Assembly: GCA_963708075.1 (NCBI GenBank)
Contig: OY970194.1
Span: forward strand, 7,104,001 to 7,168,000
Reading direction: 5' to 3'
Source of the DNA: Sedimentisphaerales bacterium
GTDB lineage: Bacteria > Planctomycetota > Phycisphaerae > Sedimentisphaerales > Anaerobacaceae
Length of the DNA stretch: 64,000 bases
Part shown: positions 50,876-59,768 of the stretch, piece after piece
How positions within the stretch are numbered: position 1 is the first letter of the stretch
Layout: each line of letters begins with the position of its first letter
Translations under genes and position numbers: made by a program
Notes under the pieces: generated by a model
What the model was told of the DNA's origin: nothing
What the model saw: only the letters and a program-made list of their open reading frames with translations
The model's database searches: none

Positions 50876-52330
50876 ATGTGCAACAATCGCAATTTGTATT
50901 CGCGACGTCGGTTTCTCAAGACAACAGCGGCCGGTCTGGCAATGCTGACGCCGGCGGGGCGGGTGCTGGGAGCCAATGACGGAATCCGCGTGGCAGTGAT
51001 CGGTCTTGGTGGCAAGGGAGGCCAACACGCTCAGGTCTTCAGCAAGTTGGCAGGGGCGCGTTTGGTTGCGCTCTGCGATGTGGATCCGAAACGGCTGGCG
51101 GATCACGTCAAACGCTATGAGGGCGTGTTCTCCGCCACGGACCCGCGCAAGGTCCTGGAGAGGAAGGACGTCGACGCGGTTGTCATCGCGACGCCGGATC
51201 ACTGGCATGCGCTGCTCGCCATCTGGGCGTGCCAGGCCGGCAAGGACGTATACGTGGAAAAGCCGGTCTCCCACAACATCTGGGAAGGCGGTAAGATCAT
51301 CGAGGCGGCCAGGAAGTACAACCGCGTTGTCCAGGCGGGCACGCAGTATCGTTCCGACGAGGGACTCAAAGAAGCCGCCGCGTACATACGCCAGGGCAAT
51401 CTCGGCAAAGTACTCTGGGGACACGTCCTGTGGTACGAGCAACGCGGCAGTATCGGGAAAGTCGCCCCGTACACGCCGGATGGGCTCGACTATGATCTCT
51501 ATTGCGGGCCGGCGCCCGTGGAGCCTTTGCGTCGGGAGAAGCTGCATTATGACTGGCACTGGGTCTGGTCCACGGGCACGGGGGACCTGGGCAACAGCGG
51601 CATTCACGCGTTTGACGTCTGTCGCTGGTTCGCCGGCTACAACGACCTGCCTCCACGGGTCCTCTGCGCCGGCGGCCGCTTTGGAGTCGATGACGCCGGC
51701 CAGACGCCGAATACGCAGTTCACGATTCTGGCTTACGAGCCTGCTCCCATCTACATCGAGAACCGCAATTTGCCGATGCGCCCGGGCACGAAAGAAATGG
51801 ATCAGCTTCTGGGAATACGGGAGGGATTGATTCTGCAATGTGAAGGTGGATACTTTGCCGGCCTTCGCGGCGGCGGCTGGGCGTACGATAAGGACGGCAA
51901 GAAGATCCGGCAATTCAAAGGTGATGGTGGCGCGCAGCACGCGGCGAACTTCATTCAGGCCGTCCGGGATCGAAATGCCGAACGCCTGAATGCTCCGATC
52001 CGACAGGGGCATATCTCCTCCGGCGTCTGCCACCTGGGCAATCTCTCCTATCGTCTGGGATCGCCGGCAGTTGGCGAGGATATCTCGCAGGTTGGAGGCA
52101 GCTTCGCCAGGGCGCGCGAGACTATCGAGCGATTAGAGCAACACCTGCTCGTCAACAAGGTCGATCTTCAGAAGACGCCGATGTCCCTGGGGCCTTGGCT
52201 GACAATCGATCCGCAAACAGAGCAGATGACCGGGGCTGAGGCCCGCGGGCGAACAGTAAACGTGCAGGAGGCAGACCGGCTCGCTCACGGCTCCTACCGT
52301 CCGCCGTTCGTTGTGCCGGAACGCGTATAG
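50876..52330 (+). CDS. Tat-exported Gfo/Idh/MocA oxidoreductase
   Basis: SRRRFLK; IGLGGKG, IATPDHWH, YVEKP and HYDWHW motifs. Confidence 0.9.
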   Translation: MCNNRNLYSRRRFLKTTAAGLAMLTPAGRVLGANDGIRVAVIGLGGKGGQHAQVFSKLAGARLVALCDVDPKRLADHVKRYEGVFSATDPRKVLERKDVDAVVIATPDHWHALLAIWACQAGKDVYVEKPVSHNIWEGGKIIEAARKYNRVVQAGTQYRSDEGLKEAAAYIRQGNLGKVLWGHVLWYEQRGSIGKVAPYTPDGLDYDLYCGPAPVEPLRREKLHYDWHWVWSTGTGDLGNSGIHAFDVCRWFAGYNDLPPRVLCAGGRFGVDDAGQTPNTQFTILAYEPAPIYIENRNLPMRPGTKEMDQLLGIREGLILQCEGGYFAGLRGGGWAYDKDGKKIRQFKGDGGAQHAANFIQAVRDRNAERLNAPIRQGHISSGVCHLGNLSYRLGSPAVGEDISQVGGSFARARETIERLEQHLLVNKVDLQKTPMSLGPWLTIDPQTEQMTGAEARGRTVNVQEADRLAHGSYRPPFVVPERV

Positions 52331-52368
52331 AAAGCGTCGATTCACCGACGTTCTGGAGGTGACAACCT

Positions 52369-54486
52369 ATGCGAGGAAGAGGCAGTCAAACGGTAGTGGC
52401 CTTGCTGTGCGTCGTGATCGCGTCGGGCGTGACGGCGGCTGAGCGCCGTATCACGTTCGAGTCGCAGGCAAATGCGCTGCTGATTCGCGTGGATGACCAG
52501 CCGCTGGCGACGTATGTCTACCGCGATCCGGAAATCCTCCGTCCCTACTTCAAGGACATCTGTGGGCCGGGAGGCATCCAAGTGACCCGGCAGCATCCGC
52601 CGAGAGAAGGTGCTGACCCGGCTGACCATGCGACGATGCATCCTGGGCTTTGGCTGGCATTCGGGGATCTGGGCGGGGCGGATTTCTGGCGGAACAAGGC
52701 GACCGTTGAGCACGGCGGATTTGTCAAGACGCCACATGCCGAGGGGGACAGGGGCACGTTCACCGTGCGCAATCGTTACGTCGCAGGAGGGGCCGCCATT
52801 TGCGAAGAGATCTGCACGTATACGTTCCAGGTGCGGCGGGCCGGCTATCTGATCCTCTGGGACTCCGTGTTTCAGTCAGAGCGGTCCGGCTTATACTTCG
52901 GTGACCAGGAAGAAATGGGCTTGGGTGTGCGGGTGGCGACGTCCATCATGGTCAAGCCGCGGGAGAATCATCGACCTGGCCGCATCCTGGACGACCGCGG
53001 GCGACGCAATGAGAAAGGCATCTGGGGTGAACAAGCGGCGTGGTGCGACTACAGCGGCTGGGTGGGTGATACCTTCGCGGGGATCATGGTCATGCCGGAC
53101 CTGCGAAACACAGCAGCTTGCCGATGGCACATACGGGACTATGGCTTGATGGTCGCCAACCCATTTGCTCAATCCGCTTTCAAGAAAGGGCCCGCGAATA
53201 GAACCGATATTGTATCGGAGCAGCCGTTCCATCTGCGCTTCGGCATCCTCATCCACGGCGCTCACAGCGAGGACAGTTTTGACCCGGCGATTGCTTATCA
53301 GGATTATCGAAGAGCCGAGGCCGAGCTTGGCACCGCTGGCTCCTGGCAGGTTGGCGCGCCCATCGTCACCTACTGGTGCGGCCCGTCACTCACCGACGCT
53401 GTCGCGCAGCAGATGGCCGAAGGGGGCTTCAATCTCGTCTGGTGCGGCAGTGAAAAGGAACTCGACGTCGCGCACCGTCACGGCCTGCGTGGCCAGCTCA
53501 CTGACGGCCTGCTCACACCCGCATCGCTCGACGACCCCCAACGCCGGGAGCAACTTGATGCTCTCATCGCTCGCGTCAGCCGGCACCCGGCGCTATACGC
53601 CTACCATCTCATTGACGAGCCCAGTGCATCGCAGTTCCCCGCACTCGGCAGATTGGTCGCGTACTTGCGCCAGCGCGATCCGCTGCACCTGGCCTACATC
53701 AACCTGTTTCCAACGTACGCCACCAACGAACAACTCGGCACAAAGGGCGACGTGGTCACCGCCTACAGGGAGCACCTGCGTCTTTACACCGAGCAGGTGA
53801 AACCTTCGCTGATCAGCTACGATCACTATCAGTTCAGACTCAAGGGCGACAGTGACCAGTACTTCCTGAACCTGGCGATGATCCGGCGGGCGGCACAGGA
53901 GGCAGGTGTGCCTTTCCTCAACATTGTGCAAGCCTGCACCTGGGCACCGGACGTGATGCGCGTGCCGAATGCGGACGAGCTTCGCTACCTGGTCTATTCG
54001 ACACTGGCCTACGGTGCGCAGGGCATCAGCTACTATGTGTATGCCTGCGCGAACCACCACGGCAGTCTCGTCAGCCTGGACGGGACGCCCGGGCCGCTCT
54101 ACCACGCGCTCCAATCCTACAATCGCGAGTTCGCCGCCATCGCCCGGGAACTCCAGCCGCTGCGCTCGCTGGGCGTGTATCACACCTCCATGCGTGAGCC
54201 CGGCTGCGAGCCGCTGCCGGCAGACGCCTCCTTCCACCTCGATTCGTCACCGTCGCCCGGCTCGCCGCGAGGCTTTCTGCTCGGCTTCTTCGGGACCGAC
54301 GCGAGATCGACTCACGTAGTCGTGGTAAACCTGGACTACACTGGGCAGGGGAGTACATCGCTCATTGGCCCGCGCGAACTGGAGCTTTTCGACGCTGCCG
54401 GCGCTCAATGGACCTCTGCGGAAAAGGCTGCCATCGAACTGATCCTGCCGCCCGGCGGAGGAAAACTGGTGCGAATCCCTCGATAA
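52369..54486 (+). CDS. PmoA-like (DUF6807) beta-sandwich domain fused to a TIM-barrel glycosidase-like domain
   Basis: N-terminal part: RPYF...TRQHP..DHATMHPGLW, GDQEEMG, WCDYSG, WHIRDYG...ANPF. C-terminal part: AYHLIDEP, YINLFP, ISYDHY, LAYGAQGISYY. Confidence 0.7.
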   Translation: MRGRGSQTVVALLCVVIASGVTAAERRITFESQANALLIRVDDQPLATYVYRDPEILRPYFKDICGPGGIQVTRQHPPREGADPADHATMHPGLWLAFGDLGGADFWRNKATVEHGGFVKTPHAEGDRGTFTVRNRYVAGGAAICEEICTYTFQVRRAGYLILWDSVFQSERSGLYFGDQEEMGLGVRVATSIMVKPRENHRPGRILDDRGRRNEKGIWGEQAAWCDYSGWVGDTFAGIMVMPDLRNTAACRWHIRDYGLMVANPFAQSAFKKGPANRTDIVSEQPFHLRFGILIHGAHSEDSFDPAIAYQDYRRAEAELGTAGSWQVGAPIVTYWCGPSLTDAVAQQMAEGGFNLVWCGSEKELDVAHRHGLRGQLTDGLLTPASLDDPQRREQLDALIARVSRHPALYAYHLIDEPSASQFPALGRLVAYLRQRDPLHLAYINLFPTYATNEQLGTKGDVVTAYREHLRLYTEQVKPSLISYDHYQFRLKGDSDQYFLNLAMIRRAAQEAGVPFLNIVQACTWAPDVMRVPNADELRYLVYSTLAYGAQGISYYVYACANHHGSLVSLDGTPGPLYHALQSYNREFAAIARELQPLRSLGVYHTSMREPGCEPLPADASFHLDSSPSPGSPRGFLLGFFGTDARSTHVVVVNLDYTGQGSTSLIGPRELELFDAAGAQWTSAEKAAIELILPPGGGKLVRIPR

Positions 54487-54602
54487 AAGGAGAAAACCGG
54501 CCGATCCTGCGGGATGCCGCGCCTGCCGCGGTTTATCCCTGGTTCTGCCGAATAATTGCACTGCGCCCATTTAGGGATCAGGGATTCTCAACCCCGGAGG
54601 GC

Positions 54603-54806
54603 TCATCTCAGGCAGGCAGCAGGGGCATTCACTTCCATCGTGTCCACTCGCTGGCAGACGGGGCATCGGTAGTGTCCCTCGGCGACGAGAAACTGGTGTT
54701 CCCGCCAGCCCACTACGCGAAATCTCTGCGGCAAAATGTGGCCGGGAAATTGCGCCTCGGGCGGGCATCTCTGATGCATTTGATGACTTACCTGCCGGTC
54801 ATCCAT
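54603..54806 (-). CDS. Small orphan protein (67 aa), possible zinc ribbon
   Basis: GGAGGA RBS 6 nt before the ATG; near-consensus promoter upstream; HQRC...CPVC. Confidence 0.6.
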   Translation of the reverse strand: MDDRQVSHQMHQRCPPEAQFPGHILPQRFRVVGWREHQFLVAEGHYRCPVCQRVDTMEVNAPAACLR

Positions 54807-54845
54807 GATCGGTCCTCCCAATGTAGTCACCATTGACGAGAAAGA

Positions 54846-54874
54846 ATTATAGCGGGCAGCATCGAGCAAGTCAA
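54846..54874 (-). promoter_or_regulatory. Near-consensus sigma70 promoter
   Basis: Minus strand reads TTGACT-17 nt-TATAAT. Confidence 0.75.
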
Positions 54875-54981
54875 CCCCCGGGACGTTTTATCACTTCTAT
54901 TTTGTCACTGCTGATGAACGGCATCCCCCCGGGCCCATAGAAGGGCCCACCAGGTGATCGTTGGCGGGTCCCCCTGACAGA

Positions 54982-55012
54982 AACAGGGGCGTCCCCATCG
55001 AACGCCCCTGTT
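54982..55012 (-). terminator. Stem-loop, probable terminator of the 55065-55823 gene
   Basis: Perfect 11-bp stem AACAGGGGCGT/ACGCCCCTGTT with a 9-nt loop; the U-tract is weak. Confidence 0.6.
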
Positions 55013-55064
55013 GTTGACTACCGGAACTCTGCCGTCACTCGCTCGGGCATCAGCCCTTGCCCAA

Positions 55065-55823
55065 TCACAAACCCAGTTCGTTGTTCGCTTCGAGAATGTC
55101 CTTGAGGGTTTCCATGTCATCGGCATCACCGGCCGCCAAAGCGGCATTCACAGCCGCGATGACGCTGGCAGGCGAGAACTGATAGTTGATGTCCGGGTCG
55201 GAAGCGTTGAGCACTCCGGCGATCGCTTGCCTCAGCAGGATGATGGCTTTCTCGGCAAGAGTGGCGCCGCCGCCGGTTACCTCCGCTTCCAGGATGTCCA
55301 GCAGCGTGTATTCATCCAGATCATACAGGGCCCATTGCGCAAAGACCGACCCGACTGTCTGCGAGGGGCTGTAACCTGTCGGCGGCCAAGCCTCGGTGTG
55401 GTTCTTCCAGTACCCGACGCCCAGTCCCTGCCAGTCTGCGTCAGTGACTACAACGGTGACGCTCTCAGTGGCATCCCGGTCCGACTGATTGACATTATCA
55501 TGCCAGACCCTGAACGAGACTGTGTAGCTGCCCGCCGCCGCGGGGGTGAAGTCGAAGGTGGATGACCCCGAGATGGCGCCGGCAATCGGGATCTCTCCCT
55601 GGCCCACGCTGTCCACGTACCACTGGCACCGGTTCACATCTCTGTTGGTCGTCCAGGTAGCCGTAAGAGTCGTGGTCTGGCCAACCGTGATCGCGAGGTC
55701 GCCGGTGATATCGATGGTGGCTGAAAACGGGGGTTGCACCGCCGAGGCCGTGCCGGTCATCGCCGTGGCCAGTGCGACGGCGAGGATCAGTAAATAGCTT
55801 CTAATATGCGTACTTCTCATCAT
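55065..55823 (-). CDS. Secreted protein with a PKD/Ig-like domain and a C-terminal 'GYWKNH...LLRQA.A..LNA' domain
   Basis: GAGGAG RBS; signal peptide; FTPAAAGSYTV; GYWKNH. Confidence 0.75.
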   Translation of the reverse strand: MMRSTHIRSYLLILAVALATAMTGTASAVQPPFSATIDITGDLAITVGQTTTLTATWTTNRDVNRCQWYVDSVGQGEIPIAGAISGSSTFDFTPAAAGSYTVSFRVWHDNVNQSDRDATESVTVVVTDADWQGLGVGYWKNHTEAWPPTGYSPSQTVGSVFAQWALYDLDEYTLLDILEAEVTGGGATLAEKAIILLRQAIAGVLNASDPDINYQFSPASVIAAVNAALAAGDADDMETLKDILEANNELGL

Positions 55824-56466
55824 CTGTCTCCTCTTTTGTTGCATGTACTCGGATGTCTCTGTGCAGCACCCGTAGTCCCAGAGACATGCCGTTTGTGAAC
55901 CTTCCTGCCCGGCTCCAGCGGTGTCTGCCGGGAGCAGAGTTTATGGATGGCACACTCTCCGTCGGTGCGGTCATCACTCTCGATCACGATCCTCCTGCCT
56001 CCGTACGGGAGATGACTGCTCTCCATCTTTTCACTTCTCTGCCGCCTTCACCTCCTTTCAGCAGTTCCCTGACGGGTTATACATTTGTCTGTAGATTCAT
56101 CCGCAGCCCCTTGCTGCCTGCGGGATGAAGGTTTTCGTTCATAGAGTTGCAGATCCACACGCCGAGGATCCGAGGTTATACAAAGAGCACTGTGCATGCT
56201 CCTCCATGCAGGTGCCTGATTCTACCATCTCGTGGTTCCGATGTCTACCCAAAAGTGCCCAGTTTGCCTATTTTGCGGCAACTGAAGAAGTGGCCGGTAA
56301 TAGGGTGGCTTACCGTGTCGTGCCCGGGACCGCGTACGGCCAATTCCGACGCGGCCGGCTGAAATGGACCATGTATGCCGTGAAGTGATCGGCAGTCAGG
56401 GAGAGTTGAGAGGTTTATTCTGGGTTGCGGATGGGCGACGTCTCAGGGCTTCGTCGGCGGGTGCCC

Positions 56467-57066
56467 TCAAACGGTGGATGACATGGGGGCCGTTGCGCCG
56501 CGGACCGCCATGCGATAAATCGTGACACAGGTGGCCAGCATCATTCCGCTGAGAAAGCCGCCAATGTGGGCCACATACGCGGCTGGATACCCCCCAGCGA
56601 TTCCGGCGCCCAACGTTGCCAGGAACCATATCAGAATCAGCCAGGGTCCGAGCCTGCCGAGCCGATCGAAACAGAGCACCACGTATATTCCCAGGATGCC
56701 CATGATAGCACCGCTGGCGCCGATCACCGGCCGCCCGTCGTAAGCAATATGCACAAGCCCTGCACCGAGCCCCGTTGTGATGTATGCGAGAGCATAGGGC
56801 ACGTCGCCCAGGGCCGGGCATACATAACGACCGAAGATCCACAGCGTGATGAGGTTCCCGACGAGATGCGCCACGGTCATGTGGAGCCACATATGCCCGA
56901 ACAGCCCGGCCATCGAGAGTCTCTCCAAAACGAAGCCGGTGAGATAGCGAGCGCCGGGATCGAAAAACATCTGGACGGCAAACGCACAAGCTGCGGCCAG
57001 CATGATGACATAATTGCCGAGCGACGGAGCGACAGGACGCGGTGGTGCCACAGGGTGGGTCTGCAA
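56467..57066 (-). CDS. Rhomboid family intramembrane serine protease
   Basis: HMWLH...HLVGN, catalytic GASG and AHIGG. TTG start chosen from the GGAGGAG RBS. Confidence 0.9.
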   Translation of the reverse strand: MQTHPVAPPRPVAPSLGNYVIMLAAACAFAVQMFFDPGARYLTGFVLERLSMAGLFGHMWLHMTVAHLVGNLITLWIFGRYVCPALGDVPYALAYITTGLGAGLVHIAYDGRPVIGASGAIMGILGIYVVLCFDRLGRLGPWLILIWFLATLGAGIAGGYPAAYVAHIGGFLSGMMLATCVTIYRMAVRGATAPMSSTV

Positions 57067-57121
57067 GGACAAGCTCCTCCAGGGTAAGCTGCTTTCAACC
57101 GAGTACACACCCAACACACGT

Positions 57122-57150
57122 AGTATACCCGCCCGCGGCCGCGACGTCAA
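57122..57150 (-). promoter_or_regulatory. Putative sigma70 promoter of the rhomboid gene
   Basis: Minus strand reads TTGACG-17 nt-TATACT. Confidence 0.7.
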
Positions 57151-57461
57151 TGATAAAGTCCCATAGTCGCGTTGATGTTGCGGCAGCTAATGTTCGGCGG
57201 AAATCCAGGCCCGTGTGTACCGTGACTCCTCGCATTTTTGCAGGTTCTCGCCAATCTCCCCTCATGGCGAGACTTCAATGGCCCCAGGTTCCCCATTTTT
57301 CTCGTATTTCCAGACATTTGGAGATGGTTGAGTTAAGCGGGCTCCAATCGCTGCCGATAGACGGGGTAATGTCGAGTCATTCGCAAAGATTTTCTCACCC
57401 TTACACAAACGTGTTTCCGGGCGCAAAGAGAGATTGAATCGACTCATGGATAGTGACAGGT

Positions 57462-57971
57462 ATGGCTGAACAACGGCAGACAAAGAAGCTCGTTCTGGTG
57501 GTCGTTTTGGCGGTTGCGCTGGCATTCGTTCTGATCCCTCGGATGGGTGTCCTTTCCTTTGGGTCCGATAAGGGTGGCACGGCCGCAGGCTCAAATGGCA
57601 AAGCAGGACAGGCTGTGGCGGGGGAGGCCAAGAACATAGTGCCGGCCGGGAGCCTGGAGGTGAAATGGACGCGGCCGGATGCGATCGGGCCGGTCGTCAG
57701 TGACCCCATGCGCATGAATCTGCCCCAGAAGAAAACTGAAAAGGCCGGGACTGCCACGCCCGAGAAGGGCGAGCCAGAGTGGCGCGTCGCAGGCATCATT
57801 TATAGTACCCAGCAACCCTCCTCGATTATTGTCGATGGCCGCATCCTGCACGAGGGCGACATCATCCACGGCGCCACGGTGATCAAGATCACTGAAAGCC
57901 ACGCCGAGCTGAAGCAGGGCGACAAAACGTGGGAGATCAGTGCCGGCCAAACGAACAAACAACCCAAGTAA
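57462..57971 (+). CDS. PilP/GspC-like single-TM accessory protein
   Basis: N-terminal TM helix; 'DPM', 'VAGIIYS...SIIVDGRILHEGD.I.GATVIKI'; directly upstream of the secretin gene. Confidence 0.65.
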   Translation: MAEQRQTKKLVLVVVLAVALAFVLIPRMGVLSFGSDKGGTAAGSNGKAGQAVAGEAKNIVPAGSLEVKWTRPDAIGPVVSDPMRMNLPQKKTEKAGTATPEKGEPEWRVAGIIYSTQQPSSIIVDGRILHEGDIIHGATVIKITESHAELKQGDKTWEISAGQTNKQPK

Positions 57972-58019
57972 TTCTGGAAAAGAAGCGCAAGTCACAGTCA
58001 GTTCAAGGAGAAAGGAACT

Positions 58020-59570
58020 ATGAAATCGATACCCTGGCGTACAGTAGTGTGTGTGCTGATCCTGGCAATCGGCCTGGTGAGCCCCGCGGGGGCGCAAGAT
58101 CCCAACGCGCCGGCCGCCCCGGAACAGCGGATCACGGATTCCCAGCCGGCAGCGGAACAGCAGCAGGCGGTGGAGCTGCAGCAGGCAGCGGCGCTGCAAC
58201 AGCAGCAGCAGATGGCCGGCCCGGAGCTGCTACAGCGGATGAAGACCCGCGTCAGCGTGGATTTCCGTGAAGCCCCTATCGAGGACGTGATCAAGAGCCT
58301 GGCCCAGCAGGCGAACATCGACATCGTCAAGGGTCCCTCCGTGACGGGCAGCGTGACGGCCACCCTGACGGATGTGCCGCTGGAGGAAGCGATGGAGAGC
58401 ATCTTCACCGTGCACGGCTTCGGCTACACCACCAGCGAGTCCATCGTCCGGATCGTTCCGAAGAACGAGATGGCACAGTACATGATCAGGCTGCAGACGA
58501 AGGTCTACCACATCGACTACGCCGATTGCGAAGCGGTCAACAAAGCGATCAAGGATGTACTCTCGCCGCAGGGCAAGATCGCCATGAACAAGGAGACCGG
58601 GCACCTGTGCATCACCGATACCGACCAGAAGATCGAGATGATCGACAAGTTCATCGAGGAGATGGACCGCGAGACGCCCCAGATCCTCGTCGAGGCGAGA
58701 ATCTACGACGTGTCGTGCTCGGTCTTCCTGGATCTTGGCTTCGACTGGTCGGCAGGGACGATTACACTCTTCGACGGCGCGGGCAATGCCATCGATGCCG
58801 CGGGATCAAAGACGCAGCCGTTCGCAGCCGCCGGCTTCGCGAGCAGCGTCACCCAAGCCTCGAAGACGGCCGCTGGGCTGCGGCTGGGCGTACTCAACGA
58901 CCACATCAACTTGGACGTGATGTTCTCGGCCGCCAAGGATAATGTCAAGGCTCGGCTGCTGGCCAATCCCAAGGTCCTCGTCCTCAACGGCCGGCCGGCC
59001 GATATCAAGATTGTCTCAGAAATTCCGTACCAGGAGCTGACCCAGACCTCCGGCGGCGGCAACATCGGCACGACGAAATTCAAGGAAGTCGGCGTCCAGT
59101 TGCAGGTGACCCCGCAGCTCACGCGGGACGGCAAGGTCCGTCTCATGCTCAAACCTACATTCAGCGTCCAAACCGGCAACGTGCCGATCTTCATACCGCA
59201 AGGGAGCGGAACGCCGATCAGCAGCGCGCAGCCCGTCGTGGATAAGCGTGAGGCCCAGACCTTCGCCCTGATCCAGGACGGCCAGACCGTGGTCATCGGC
59301 GGCCTGCGCAAGCGCGACGTCGTGCAGGAGCTCTCCACCGTCCCGCTGCTGTCCGACATCCCGCTGCTCGGCGAACTGTTCAAGTTCCGCGGTGAGAAAG
59401 CGGTCAACAGCGAGTTGATCGTGTTCATCACGCCTCACATCATCACGGAGCCCGGCCTGGCGCCGTCCGACACACGGAAGCTCGAGGACATGAACAGCGA
59501 TCTGCGGGAGCCTGCGCCTGCGGCGCCGATCTTCGACTGCGGCACCAAGAGCGAAACACAAGAGCAATAG
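58020..59570 (+). CDS. Secretin (PilQ/GspD family)
   Basis: VSVDFREAPI N0 domain; PQILVEARI, LLANPKVLVLNG, VGVQLQVTP, GQTVVIGGL, VPLLSDIPLLGELFK and ELIVFITP. Confidence 0.95.
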   Translation: MKSIPWRTVVCVLILAIGLVSPAGAQDPNAPAAPEQRITDSQPAAEQQQAVELQQAAALQQQQQMAGPELLQRMKTRVSVDFREAPIEDVIKSLAQQANIDIVKGPSVTGSVTATLTDVPLEEAMESIFTVHGFGYTTSESIVRIVPKNEMAQYMIRLQTKVYHIDYADCEAVNKAIKDVLSPQGKIAMNKETGHLCITDTDQKIEMIDKFIEEMDRETPQILVEARIYDVSCSVFLDLGFDWSAGTITLFDGAGNAIDAAGSKTQPFAAAGFASSVTQASKTAAGLRLGVLNDHINLDVMFSAAKDNVKARLLANPKVLVLNGRPADIKIVSEIPYQELTQTSGGGNIGTTKFKEVGVQLQVTPQLTRDGKVRLMLKPTFSVQTGNVPIFIPQGSGTPISSAQPVVDKREAQTFALIQDGQTVVIGGLRKRDVVQELSTVPLLSDIPLLGELFKFRGEKAVNSELIVFITPHIITEPGLAPSDTRKLEDMNSDLREPAPAAPIFDCGTKSETQEQ

Positions 59571-59599
59571 CCGCGTTCGCCAGTACGAGAGACCCATTC

Positions 59600-59638
59600 C
59601 GGGTGGCCGCGCCGTCGGCGCTGCCACCCGCTTTTTTT
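59600..59638 (+). terminator. Intrinsic terminator after the secretin gene
   Basis: GC-rich stem CGGGTGGC...GCCACCCG followed by T7. Confidence 0.85.
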
Positions 59639-59678
59639 GCGCGGGTACAGGCCGGTTATGCGAAGGATCAAGGGGGAG

Positions 59679-59752
59679 GTTTCAGGTTTGAAGTTTCACG
59701 TGTGAAGTGGCGGCCACGCACGTCAAACTTCACACTTCAAGCTTGGCACTTC
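59679..59752. repeat. Two inverted arrays of degenerate 7-mer repeats
   Basis: GTTTCAG GTTTGAA GTTTCAC GTGTGAA, then a spacer, then TCAAACT TCACACT TCAAGCT TGGCACT. Confidence 0.75.
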
Positions 59753-59768
59753 TTCTACGCACGTGCGG

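Noticed and set aside
52369..53300. Particulate methane monooxygenase subunit
   Set aside because: The domain is a soluble secreted DUF6807 type with no pmoCAB context or transmembrane helices.
56220..56280. c-di-GMP-I or purine riboswitch
   Set aside because: Only fragments (GGCAAAC, TGTATAACC) match; the rest of each consensus is absent.
58150..58212. CAG-rich tract in the secretin as a contingency repeat
   Set aside because: It is short, interrupted and in frame, and reads as an ordinary Gln/Ala linker.
59679..59752. CRISPR array
   Set aside because: The units are 7 bp with no unique spacers, and no cas genes are present.
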